In this document: one piece after another, positions 25,041-37,600 of the stretch
Numbering within the stretch: the stretch's first letter is position 1
Layout: every line of letters starts with the position of its first letter
Origin: Octopus sinensis
Lineage: Eukaryota
Assembly (NCBI RefSeq): GCF_006345805.1
Contig: NC_043005.1
Location: 99,944,001-100,008,000 of the forward strand
Direction: 5' to 3'
DNA: 64,000 bases
The notes under the pieces: generated by a model
The model's database searches: none
The model's input: the letters and a program-made list of their open reading frames with translations, nothing else
What the model was told of the DNA's origin: nothing
Made by a program: the position numbers and the translations under genes

Positions 25041-25899
25041 ACAACATCCATTTATGAATTTATTTATTTATTAATTTTTTAAATTCATATTCTACCTATG
25101 AATTTGGGTGTGAAATCTGGGAATGTATACAATGAGCTTCTCTGCCCTAGGTGTACGGAAAACACTCGGTGAGAAATGGAAGAAAATTTGAAGAAAGAAG
25201 GAAAATAATAATAATAATAGTAGTAATCCTTCCTACTATAGGCACACAGCCTGGATTTTGTGGAGTGGGGGACAGTCGATCACATAGACCCCAGTACTCA
25301 ACTGGTACTTAATTTATTGATCCCAAAAGGACGAAAGGCAAAGTTGACCTTGGTGGAATTTGAACTCAGAATGTAATGGCAGACAAAATACCACTAAGCA
25401 TCTTGCCTAGCATGCTAATGGTTTTGCTTGCTTGCTACCTTAATGATAATAATAATAAGAAGAAGAAAAAGAAGAAGAAGAAGAAGTTGAAGAAGAAGAA
25501 TATTATGTTAAACTGTTGTATGTCCAAATTTGGTCAATTGCGTATTTTCAGTATTCAATTTTATTGGCAATAGCCGGTTCTTTTGGTCAAACTATCGTAT
25601 CTCCAGCTGTTTCAGATGCCAAGATATGAAAATTGTCAAAGTGTAGTACAGCAATCTCTCGACTACAACAGGTGTTATGTTCCAAAACCCTCTGCAATAG
25701 GTGAAAATCCACAAAGTAGAAACAGTCTGTACTGTATCATTTTTTTTAAAGTTATTTTTATAATTTGTATGTATTTATTTTATTACAAATGCAAACAACA
25801 CCACGGAGGAATCAACATGAGCTGAAATGACGAACCACAACATGTCAACCAGGATATGGTGAGGGATTATGATACAATGGTTTAGCATTTTTCTAAATT

Positions 25900-27240
25900 G
25901 TAGTAAGTTCCAGAAATGACAGTTCTGCAAAGATATTTCTGACTGAAAATATCATACATTCATGGAGTTACGATTTTATGCACCCAAAAAAGTATTAATG
26001 TTCAGGTGAAATTGTTGCTAATGTAAAAATAAATGGAATGGTGAAACTATTCTGATTGCTTTTTCACAATAATACCTTTTGGGTGAAAAAAGAACAAAGA
26101 TGAACTATTTAATGTCCCCATAGGAAGACATCATGGAGCAGAGGTAGCAGATCTGGTTGGTCTCTACATTCTACATGGAATATAGGCTTATATAGGGATA
26201 AGAATTTAGGGGCAGGTACATAAGAATGGAGGTAATATGGATAAGAAAAATGTTATGCAACTTAACTTAAAAACTACAGCTAGCACTGATCTTCTGCTAA
26301 TTTTCTAGACACGACCATGAATCATAGTACAGGAAAATATGAACTTTTTCATAAATCAAATAAAGAAACTCCTGCATTGACAAAGGTTTTAATAATCCAT
26401 CATCAATAATTAAACAAGTAATAGCATTAACAAGTGTGTTTTCAAGTTATCCTCTGGTGAAGCAGCTTTCAAAAAGGTAGCTCCATATTACAACACCACA
26501 TTAGAAAGATCTAATTTTAAAAACAATATAAACTATATTTTAACCAAATTTAGAGTGGCCAAAAAGACATAGATGTAGCAAAATTTTGCAATATAAACTT
26601 CCATATAATACAAACATAGGTACAAGTGTGGCTAAGATGATTTCTGAGACTTATAGATACTCATTTCCCACACTCTCATAAATATCGCCAGATCTCTAAT
26701 AGAAACATGGTTAAAGTTAGCTATAGTTACCTCTTAAACATAATATCAATGATCTTCAATTACAATTTGAAGAATAGCATTAGGAACACACCTCATAGAT
26801 TTTAAATTTATAGATCCCGCAATAAATGTCACCTGAACAATATATGCCTGGAAAAAGAACTCGTTTACAAGACTTAACATCACTGACATGGATGAGAACA
26901 TAAGAATGTACATTGGAATGAATGGAAATACTTTCATGGAAAGATACTTGCAACACTTGGCTTCATTTAGAGATAAGCACAAACGACACATCTTTATCTC
27001 AGATGATATGGAACCTTCATGATAGGATCATGGACAACCACTCCCTTATAAAATGGAGCATCACAGCTAAGACCAGTAAATACATGGGACAAGGCAACAG
27101 AGAGATCGTCTGTATCACAGAGAAATAAAACATCATAACTACAATGGCAAACATTTAGAACATTAGGGAAGAAACTTTCTCACTTTGTATGCACAAACAA
27201 GTACAAAATTTCAAGCATAAATACCTCATCACCTGTCCAA
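25900..27240 (+). mobile_element. Degraded Penelope-like element (RT plus GIY-YIG)
   Basis: FNVPIGRHHGAEVADLVGLYIL (PLE RT motif), later YIGMNGNTF...TSLSQMIWNL...IKWSI, with many stops. Confidence 0.75.
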
Positions 27241-27823
27241 ACAGGATAAATTTAAGGTAATCTGTTATTATTGATTATGTGCACAATATGCATATTCCCA
27301 AGAACTTATGGTGGAATTCTTAACTGCACACTAATGTATATCATATATATAACACACACACACATGCAAGATATAGCATATATCTTATGAACTCACGTTT
27401 AAAACCTGTAAAAACTTCCTAAATAATATAATACACATGAATACACATTCACAAAATGCAGGCATATCACATGTCGTGTACATACATTCATACATGCATG
27501 TATATTTCAACACACACACACATGGATGGGATATTGATACATTCTCATCTATCAATATCCCGTTTCCTTACATGATGCTATTAAAATATATTGAGCTCAA
27601 ATGCTGGCAAAAAAGCCAAGGAAGATAAAAACGAAAGAAATCCCTTAAGGGTCGTCTTCTCTTATGTTTACCTATTTAATTTGAAATCCTGTATATTCTA
27701 ATGTATGTCATGTTGTTCCATTCAAAATGGAGGCGATACCAACATTATTAAGTAGCTTGCTTGAAAAATGAAATTGTAGAATTTCTGTCCACGTGAAACT
27801 ATTGGTAGCATTATTAAGTCATA

Positions 27824-27873
<50 letters not shown>

Positions 27874-28618
27874 TGCACACCACCTATACAGGCACAAAAT
27901 AGAGGAAAACAGGTTTCAAGGAGACAAGAGCTCACCATCTGTAGAGCAGTATATTAAAATGTGTTGTGTCCTGTTGTCTTGCACACAGATATGCAAAGAA
28001 TTAAATGAGAGTTTAGCCTTATTAGAGAATTAAATGAGAGTGTAAGTGATGTGGAATGACTACACTCACAAATTAAATAATATTTTTTCATTACAACAAA
28101 AATGAATTCTTTGAAGATTAAATACCAACAACAAAATATTCTAAATAACATCGAATAACAGTATTAAATTACAGAGGGAAAAATGAAATACGAGAAAGAC
28201 TATTCAATATCCTCAACATCAGAAAGATATATATTCTACAGGTTAATAGTGTTTACCTAGCATCCTAGCAGTGCTCTGTCCAGTTTCTGGAAGTATGTTC
28301 TCTACTTACAGATATCAACAGAATGGCTACAAGAAAATGTCACTCAATTAAGAAGACTTTGCAGTATTCTAAATGCCACAAGTTCTATTTTATGATGTTG
28401 TCCCTTCACATATTTCTTTGAGTCTTCGGTGTTCTCTCTCTATTGATTAGAACATGTCATGGGAATTCATTGGTGGTGCCGTCTATGATCACATGTTTAA
28501 CAATATCAGAATTAAATAGTTTTTGATATATTTTGAGATGAGTCGCTGTTATTGGAATTTTGACGCCAAATACATTGATTAAAAACATTTTCTGTTTTTC
28601 TTTTTAATGTCCACCTAC

Positions 28619-28705
28619 CTACTGTGAAAACAAGCTTTTGAAATGTATGTAAAACATGGAGATATATTCTGTATATTCATGAAATACTTTTAGAGAGAGA
28701 CTAAT
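28619..28705 (-). pseudogene. Degenerate tandem copy 2 of the AGBL4 exon 3' end
   Basis: Reads LKVFHEYTEYISMFYIHFK versus PKLLRMNAEDFSMSNTNFN, with a ~14-nt deletion, donor gtaggtgg and the shared intronic gttattgg..ttttg..gccaaa motif. Confidence 0.6.
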
Positions 28706-29026
28706 CGTTTTGTTAGGTGGTTGCTATGGCAGCTAAACTAATAAGATCATCATTACCATAATCATCATCAACACCATCATCATCTTTGGTATTGGTGGTG
28801 GTAGGGGCCCCATCATGGTTGCCATCATCATTGTCATATTCAGTATAATATAACCAGATTATTAACTCGTTGGACTAAAAACTCGAAGTCCAAAATTTCC
28901 ATTTTGCCAGAGGCATTAGGTTAGCTTTCTACAGAACAACATTCAACAAACCGTCGTTATTGGTTTTGGTGCCAAAAACATTCATTACAAAAATAGAATA
29001 AAAATAAAAACAAAATATCCACTTAC

Positions 29027-29154
29027 CTTTCTGTGATTGCTGGCTTTCACTGGGTCATAATTGAAATTCAAGTGAGACATGGACAAGTCTTTTGGATTTA
29101 CATAAAATTGTTTTATGAAGAATCAATTTCACCTCCCCAATACCCAAAAGGTTG
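29027..29154 (-). pseudogene. Degenerate tandem copy 1 of the AGBL4 exon (pseudo-exon)
   Basis: Homologous frame FFIKQFYVNPKDLSMSHLNFNYDPVKASNHRK versus VFPKLLRMNAEDFSMSNTNFNRDAVKAGTGRR (15/32 identical). Donor AAG|gtaagtgg is retained and downstream intron motifs are shared. Confidence 0.8.
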
Positions 29155-29497
29155 CTACAGTTATCAAACAGATTGTTGTTGTTGTTGCTGTTATTATTAT
29201 TATTATTATTATTGTGATTGCCATGACAATGATGCTGATGATGATGCTGATATGATCAAATAATTAAATATATTCGATTATCAGCCCCCAAACCAGGATT
29301 TCAACCTTTGATGTAACAATAGGTTGTCTATTGAACAGAATTTTATATTAAACTATGTAGTGAATCTTTGTTATTGGGTTTTGGCATCAGAAAAATATAG
29401 GTTATTGACAAAATGAAGAAAAACAAACAAAATATATAAATAAACAAATAAATAAAAACTATTGAAAAAAAAACTGTATTCTAAATATTCCACTTAC

Positions 29498-29700
29498 CTT
29501 CTGCCAGTACCAGCTTTCACCGCATCTCGATTGAAATTTGTGTTTGACATGGAGAAATCTTCAGCATTCATACGAAGTAGTTTTGGAAAGACTGCTTGTT
29601 TCTCTAGACGGTCTACATCTTCAAAAGTGTTGCCATACATAAAACCATTCATGAGGGTTGAATGGGCATGAATGTCAATGTAGAATTCAACATCGTATTG
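29498..29700 (-). CDS. AGBL4: Internal coding exon of cytosolic carboxypeptidase 6 (M14 tubulin deglutamylase); phase 0 to phase 2, 203 nt
   Basis: Minus-strand translation QYDVEFYIDIHAHSTLMNGFMYGNTFEDVDRLEKQAVFPKLLRMNAEDFSMSNTNFNRDAVKAGTGR(R) closely matches the CCP6 segment FYIDIHAHSTMMNGFMYGN...FPKLL...AEDFS...FNRDAVKAGTGRR as I recall it. Acceptor is ttctgtgtatttcacag and donor is AG|gtaagt. Length equals 67 codons + 2 nt. Confidence 0.95.
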
Positions 29701-29904
29701 CTGTGAAATACACAGAAGTAATGAAAAATTAAGATAACTTCAAGAAATACTCATACAACAAAAACAAAATGACATTCTAGAAAGAAATTTATTGAAAACT
29801 GACGTTTATAATCAATGTTCCAGGGTGATGTAGGTTGGATGTTTTAGCTTCTAAATTTTTCTCTTAAGTTTTATATTTATCCTCCAAACTTGCAACCATT
29901 CATC

Positions 29905-30360
29905 CTCATCATCATCATCGTTTACTGTCTGCTTTCCATGCTAGCATGGGTTGGACGATTTTGACTGAGGGCTGGTGAACGAGATGGCTGCACCAGGCTC
30001 CAATCTTGATTTGGCAGAGTTTCTACAGATGGATGCCCTTCCTAATGCCAACCACTCTGAGAGTGTAGTGGGTGCTTTTTACATGCCACCTGCATGGAGG
30101 CTAGTCAGGCAGTACTGGCAATGACCTCGCTTGAATCTTTTTACACATGCCACCGGCACAGGTGCCAGTAAGGCAATGCTGGTAATGATCACACACGAAT
30201 GGTGCCCTCTGGCAACGATCATGCTCGGATAGTGCTCTTGGCACCCTACTAGCACGGACACAAGTGCCAGTAAGGTGATGCTGATAATGATCACATTTGA
30301 ATGGTGCCTTTTATGTGCCACTGGCATGGAAGCCAGTTAGCCACTCTGTCAACGATCATC
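29905..30360 (-). mobile_element. RTE 3' UTR-derived repeat (family C). Other copies: ~20450-20540, 20980-21200, 35010-35350, 36640-36760, 46200-46500, 48850-49390, 62830-62975
   Basis: Shares with 1250-1427 the block ggatgcccttcctaacgccaacc / ccatgctagcatgggttggacg and the (CAT)n/(GAT)n tail. Confidence 0.85.
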
Positions 30361-30616
30361 CTACAAAATAATAATTTTTTTCATTTCTCCTCACTCTAAG
30401 TACATATGCATTTAAGATTAAGGCAGCAAGCTGGCAGAACAGCACACAGGATAAAATCAATAGTAGTATTTCTTCCAGTTTTAATGCAGAGGTCGACTTT
30501 GTCTTTCACTCTTTCAAGGTCAATGAAAATTCTATCTATTGATAGCACTGGGTTTGAAGCAATCGACTAGCCCCATCTCACCCAAAATTTCAGGCCTTGT
30601 GCCTGTAGTAGAAAGG

Positions 30617-30653
<37 letters not shown>

Positions 30654-30954
30654 TATTATTATTCTTTGTCTATTGGCATGTGTTGTACATCACTCTGAAA
30701 GTTTGTTGTTATTCATATTGTTACACATTACTATTCATTGTACATTTGTTATCGTTACGTAGATAAACTAACTAGAACCTTGGGGAGCTGGTTACTTCTT
30801 CTCTGTAGCCCTTAAGGGCTATTTTGGTGTTTGTTTAGGCAAAGACACTCCTTTTTTTTTCATTAAAGAAAAAGATGGTGAATGAGAATTGTTCATGCAC
30901 TGAAAAGAACAGCCAATCATCCAGAAAAGAGAACGGCCAAGCTGTAAAAGACAA

Positions 30955-31908
30955 CGACCAATCTCACCCAGATATGGGCCGAGAGAAAGCTATCCTTGAA
31001 AAGTTGGGCAGAAGTGACGAATGCATACATTACCTCCATCATATATTATAGTCTTACCATCATGCCTTGCCTCAGTTTATGTCTGACCAAACTGGAGAGT
31101 GTACTCTTCCACTTTCTGTGGAAGGGACATGTTCCACTGGCCAGGTACACACTCCTTTGCAGTCAACACCTGCTGAATGGAAGGCTGGGAATGCTATGGT
31201 TGCTGATGCACAGACATGCACTGAGGCTGTGACATCTCAAGTGCTTCCTTGATGGTGAGCAGGTGTGGTTGTGGTTTGTCAGACATGATTTTCTACAGCT
31301 CGTCTATTTGTCTGAGCTGAGGTCATGGGTCAAGTGCAGACTGAGGCAGGACACCTGGCACCTAGAGTGTTGTCAGGCACTCACAGTTCTCTTTCAGTTA
31401 GGCAATGTGGTTGATGGAAGTTCCACCAAGGCTTTCTACTGAGGGTTAGTGTTGAGCAAATGCGACAAGGTTCTTGGGGACACTCTGGGTGTTGATGTGA
31501 ATGAGTTAGCTGGTCAGTTCTGGAGGACTTTCTGGCCAGGGCCTATGGATAACTTCCAGAAATCCTTGACCTGGCAGTGCTACTGAGGGGCGTTGCTGGT
31601 TCAGGATATACCCTACAGGCATGGAAGTGCTGTCAGCTGGGCTTGTCTGAGGTACATACAAAGCGATGAAACTGATACCTGCTGTTGCATGTATGAAGTG
31701 TCCAGCTATCAGATGAGTCCATCATGAAGACTGCCTTCCTTGTGCCGGGAAGGGCAGGCAGTGTTTCTTTGTCAGGTGGCCTAGGTGAAAGAGGTTGTGT
31801 GGCAGACCAGGTTGAAAGGGCTGAAGTCAGACACTTTCCTCTTTGGCCAAACCCTCATTAACCTTTTCAAGTTTCACTTGAGGGTAGAGAGGAAAGTGCT
31901 GCCTGTGT
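30955..31908 (+). mobile_element. Tx1/L1-clade LINE ORF2 C-terminal fragment, degraded
   Basis: WAERKLSLKSWAEVTNAYITSIIYY...LFHFLWKG...GRLGM...KSLTWQCY*GAL...C..DET. Confidence 0.75.
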
Positions 31909-33354
31909 TTCCGGGGTTGAATTATTCAAACCCCAAAGAATTCCTCTCAACACACATCTATGTTGCCCACCCCCCACTATTCCTGCCTGTGGTCAGTGAT
32001 GCACATATCAGCAGCCATTAAGGGACATGCTCAGCTGGTTAAGGTCAAGCAGCTAACAGGCAAATCTGCAGTGTTGAGCAGAGTATTTGCTGTAGTCCAT
32101 CTTTTATAACAAGAGAAAACATGTAGATTGAAATACTTCCAATCAGTTCAGATCAGAAGCCACGAGAGCCACTGCTTGATATTGCATCAAGGCATTTATC
32201 ATTATTATTATTATAATTATTGTTGTTGTTATTACTATTATTATTATTATTATCATCCTCCTCCTCCTCATCATCATCTTTATTATTATTATTATTATTA
32301 TTATTATTTGCTGCTAAAAAATCCCAGAAAAATTCAGGAAATTGCTGAAGTGTATCTGCATACAGTTTTAGTGTGTAGCTATTGGCGTTTTTTTTTTACC
32401 TCTTTCTCTCCCATTCTCTCAATTTCTTTTCTCTTTATAACACTATTTTATTCTCTCCTCTTTTACTACTCTTTCTTTCTGCATTTCTCTCTCTCTCTCT
32501 CTCCGGCTCTCTTTCTTCCCTCAGTACATAGAAAGAACTGGCAGAGAAAACAATGTTAAATCATTGGATGTGAATAATCTGAACAAGAGATTTCACCGCT
32601 ACTGAACATCGCTTCTTTTCCAAACCATTGCTATCTCAACAACTGCGACTTTATCTCATTTATATTAAGACTGACTTCAATTCTGGTTTCCCTGAAAAGA
32701 AACCTCTGCTTGATGCCAGTATTTGCAATTAAATTAACACTTGTTAACTCACAGAAAGACAGAGCAAATAATAGCTTTTGTGATGCATTCGAGAGTAAGA
32801 AGAGGAAATACACAAACAATGAAACGAATGAAAAAGAATATAAATAAACACGTATGGGCATTTTCTGTAGATTAATCCTAGAGTCGAGCCAGATTATAGA
32901 GAAATGGAATTGAAGTCAAATGTTGATCGAATTGATCTTCATGTTAAACTTAGTGTTTTTGTAGTTCTTGGAAAGCAAAGCAGACAGCATTGCCAAAATG
33001 GTTTTGAAAAATGTTTTTTTGAATGTGAGAGAAATTTTCCAACAAACAAAAAAAAAGAAGAAGAAAGAAATAGATGGAATAAAGAAAAATAAGTAAAAAT
33101 AGAAGAAGAAAGGACAGAAAGATGGCAATAGGAGAGTCACAAGAGATAAATATGTGTAGAAGGCAAGGGAGTAGAACATGAACCATAAAATATTATTATG
33201 ATAAACGACTATTCTGAGAGTGGAGATGGAGAGAATGGTAGTTGAGGAAAAAATATTCTATAAACAAGTTTAGAAAGAAAGCAATTGTGATGGACTATTT
33301 CATACTTGGTTGTATACTCCTACAGATATACCACCACCATCATCATCATCATCA

Positions 33355-33916
33355 TTATTACTGAGTGAGAGAGCAGTGCATGCCATCAAAGTGACACAGG
33401 GGTAAAATATACAAATTCCAGTATACCCATCATGACTACCCGTCTGATAAGGGTACACCAGGCACATGCATCACAACCACATGTGCAACATGGTGATCTC
33501 ATATCAAGATAAACAGCACATGACCTTGCAGGTGGTGCCCAGTTAAAATTTTCTTCAGGTTGAGTAGCCCATCCCACTCCAAAGGTCCCCGAATAAAGCT
33601 TGTTTAAGGATGTTGAACAGCACACCCATGTTTCCAAAGGTGAATTATCCAAACCTCCAAGAATTCCTTTCAACACATGGCTATGATGCTCCCCACTACT
33701 TCTGCTTGTGATCAGAGATGCACATATCGTCAGACACTAAGGGACATGCTCAACTGGTTAAGGTCAAACAACTGACAAGCAAATCTGTGGTATTGAGCAG
33801 AATATTTGCTGTAGCCCATCTTTTATACCAAGACAAAACAATGTACATGATAACACTTCCAACCAGTTAAGATCAGAAGCCATGAGAGCCACCACCTGGT
33901 AAGCATCGGGGCATTG
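33355..33916 (-). mobile_element. Full-length family D repeat. Other copies: 31914-32200 -, 55560-56055 +, 62178-62712 +
   Basis: Five similar copies in the window, bounded by (AAT)n/(TTG)n tracts. Confidence 0.8.
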
Positions 33917-33940
33917 TTGTTGTTGTTGTTGTTCTTATTG

Positions 33941-33973
<33 letters not shown>

Positions 33974-35604
33974 GTAGTAGTAGTAGTGTTGGTTGCTGCT
34001 GTTTTAATATCTGACTTACTATAATGTCATGGATTGATCAGTTCTGTATTAAATTATGTACAGTTGCTCCTCTTGATCCTCCCTCATATCGTTTGCAAGC
34101 CCCATCGGTTCTGACCTCATCACTTTTACTCCTGAGCTTTCCTCTTTCATAATTATCTTCTCATTTCAATACATGACAGGTCTCCACTCATCAAATCTCA
34201 TCTATTTACACCACATGTCCACACTGATGCAACTACATCAGCTGGTACTGCTAATACACTCTATCACTTGTATCTTTACTGTGTTCAATAAACTTAGGTT
34301 GACATAACACCACCCAACGATGACCATCACCACCACCTAATCCTTAGCTTCCATGGGTAGGGTAGTCTTTTTACTCTTTTACTTGTTTCAGTCATTTGAC
34401 TGCGACCATGCCGGAGCACCAACTTTAGTCGAATCAAATCGACCCCAGGACTTATTCTTTGTAAGCCTAGTACTTATTCTATCGTCTCTTTTGCTGAACT
34501 GCTAAATTACACCAGCATCGGTTGTCAAGTGATGTTGGGGGGACAAACACAGATACACAACATATACACACACATACATATACATATATATATATATACA
34601 TATATATATGTATATATACATATATACGACGGGTTTCTTTCAGTTTCCGTCTACCAAATCCACTCACAAGGCTTTGGCCGACCCAAGGTGCCACGCAGTG
34701 GGACTGAACCCAGAACCATGTGGTTCGTAAGCATGCTACTTACCACACAGCCACTCCTACGCCTATGGATTCAAGGATTCAGAGTACGCCCTTAGCTCTT
34801 TTTAGTTCTTTTCTCATACATATTCTTCAAGTAGACTTTGAGCAATGGATGTTCACGTCAGAGTCGCATCAGTGTTTGCACTCTGAAAGTGAGACTTGCA
34901 AAAGGATGGTCATTGCTCGTCCTTTCTCTAACTTATTTCTGAGCCAATGTGGAGGCTTCATCTGCAACATGTATTGTGATGACTGGAAATAGTCTATCGC
35001 ATATATTGTAATGGTGCCACATAAAAGCAGCCGTGCGAGCACACATGCACTGACACATGGAAGCACCTGTGCTGCAACATGTAAAAGTGTCCATGCAGCA
35101 ATACACAAACATGCCTGTACAGCGTCATGTGAAAACATCTGTGCTGTGCCATGTAAAAGCACCCATGTGGTGCCACATAAAAAGCACTCAACACACACTG
35201 TAAAGTGGTTGGCGTTAGGAAGAGCATCCAGCAGTAAAAACCATGCCAAATCAGACTGCAGCCCCTGCCAATTTGCCAGCTTTGGTCACACCATCCAACC
35301 CATGCTAGCATGGACAATGGATGTTCAATGATGATGATGATGATGATGTATGCATGCATGTGCATGCATGTGTGTGTGTGTGTATGTGTGTGCATGTGCG
35401 TGTGTTTATCTATATACACACGATCAGCTCCCACAGATTCTTCTAACTACTAAATTCTACTCAGAAAGTATGCGCCAACATAAGTTCATAGTAAAAGACA
35501 CCCGTCTAAGGCAACATGCAGTGGGATTGATCAGGAAAGCTTGAGGTTGCGAAGTGGACTTTTAAACTCAATGACCTTATCTGTGCCAATATATCATAAG
35601 GTAG

Positions 35605-36000
35605 AGGGTGGCGAGCTGGCAGAAACGTTAACACGCTGGGCCAAACGCTTAGCGGTATTACGTCTGCCGTTACGTTCTGAGTTCAAATTCCACCGAGGTC
35701 AACTTTGCCTTTCATCATTTCAGGGTCGATAACTTAAGTACCAGTTACGCACTGGGATTGATGTAATCGACTTAATCCCTTTGTCTGTCCTTGTTTGTCC
35801 CCTCTATGTTTAGCCCCTTGTGGGCAATAAAGAAATGCTTAGCGGTATTTCATCTGTCTTTACGTTCTGAGTTCAAATTCCGCAAAGGTCGACTTTGCCT
35901 GTCATTATTTTGGGGTCAATAAATTAAGTACCAGTTGCGTACTGGCGTCAATCTAATTGACTGGCCCCCTCCCCACAAATTTTGGGCCTTGTGGCTAGAT
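35605..36000 (+). mobile_element. tRNA-headed SINE family A, head-to-tail dimer. Second dimer at 50110-50520; monomers at ~3950-4120, 10010-10500 (interrupted), 18490-18690, 25250-25430, 30420-30615, 45478-45660, 47670-47890, 48075-48280, 52890-53100, 56190-56575, 57365-57570, 59270-59400, 62025-62150
   Basis: Recurring ggcgagctggcagaaacgttagc...gttctgagttcaaattcc...gtcgactttgcctttcatcctttcggggtcgat...aagtaccagtt. Confidence 0.85.
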
Positions 36001-37364
36001 TAAGAAAGAATATATTGGATTATGATTGATTTTATTTGAAAATTTTGTCATATTGAATACCTTCCTGGTGCAGGGTGTGGAATAAGCACAAACATGGCTG
36101 TGTGGTAAAAAGATTGATTTCCAACCACATGGTTCTGAGTTCAATCTCACTGATGGCACTGTGGGCAAATGTCTTGTATATAGCCCTAGGCCAGTGATTC
36201 TCAAACTTTTTCAGGCTGCTGCCCTGCCTGGCACCCAGACCACATTCCTAACGCCCCCCCCAAACTACTACTACAAACACAGACCATTTTCTGCCACAAA
36301 TTCAAAGCAACTGTATTTCACAAATAAAACTGAACCTAATTAACCCATTTTGGTTTTTTTTTACAAACATCGCCCCCTTTTGCCCACCCTATTATCGCTC
36401 CACTTTTCTTCAATGCTTCCGTGCACCTTTTCACTGCCTCCAAAGGGGCAGTACCACCCACTTCGGGTATCCAAAGACTTGTGACTAGATCTGGTAGATG
36501 GAAACTGAGCGTGTGTGTGACTGTGTGTTCTTGTCTTGACATCACATGATTATTGTAAAATGATTGCCGCTGTAATACAAGCAGAGCCATTCATTTCTAA
36601 TAATGTGCAAGAATATGTGTGGCCATGTGGAAATATGAACCTGCTTGGAATCAGATGAGGGTTGGTGACAGGAAGAGCATCCAGCCGTAGGAAATCTGCC
36701 GCAATAAACTCTGTTTGACCAATGCAAACATAGAAAAGAAGATATTAAAATGATGATGGTTATTAATAAACTGAAAAGGAACTTTTAATTCCAGAAGATA
36801 TCCCTAAAGTTAAATACACACTATATAAGAGAGCTATTGTAGCCCTTTATTGTTAAAACTAGGTAGAGACTGTGTAGGAGGTGCTACCATAGCCCTGTAT
36901 TGCTAGACCTTGGTAAACACTGTGGAAGAGGAACTATGGTGGCACTAAGATTGCAAGTCTTAAATGTAAATTGACATTGAATATTTTCAGTGCAGGAGCA
37001 AAGTCATAAAAGCAAAAACAACATATAAAAATAAAATTTTTAAAAATGAAAGTTTTTTTCCCCATAAAGATGATCAATTCAAAAACCTATACTTTGATGT
37101 ACATGTGTCTGTGTATGCGCATATATGCATGTGTATGTGCATGCATTCTCTGAGAAGCAATATCACATTACCTGTACTACTTGTACCTCACACACACACA
37201 CACACGATTACAAACATGCATATATAAATTTCCTATATTTTATGTTATGTAGCCCAATGTTTCATTAAGAAAAGTAAATATATGCATATTCTATTCAAGT
37301 TTGTATGCTCTATTATTCCCTACTGAAGTGTTGACACAACTATGTATATATATATATACACACA

Positions 37365-37407
<43 letters not shown>

Positions 37408-37559
37408 TAATATATATATACACTGACATATACATTGATATATATATACACACATATATATTGATATATATATATATATATACATATATATTGATATATA
37501 TATATACATACATATATATTGATATATATATATACATACATATATATTGAGATATATAT

Positions 37560-37600
<41 letters not shown>

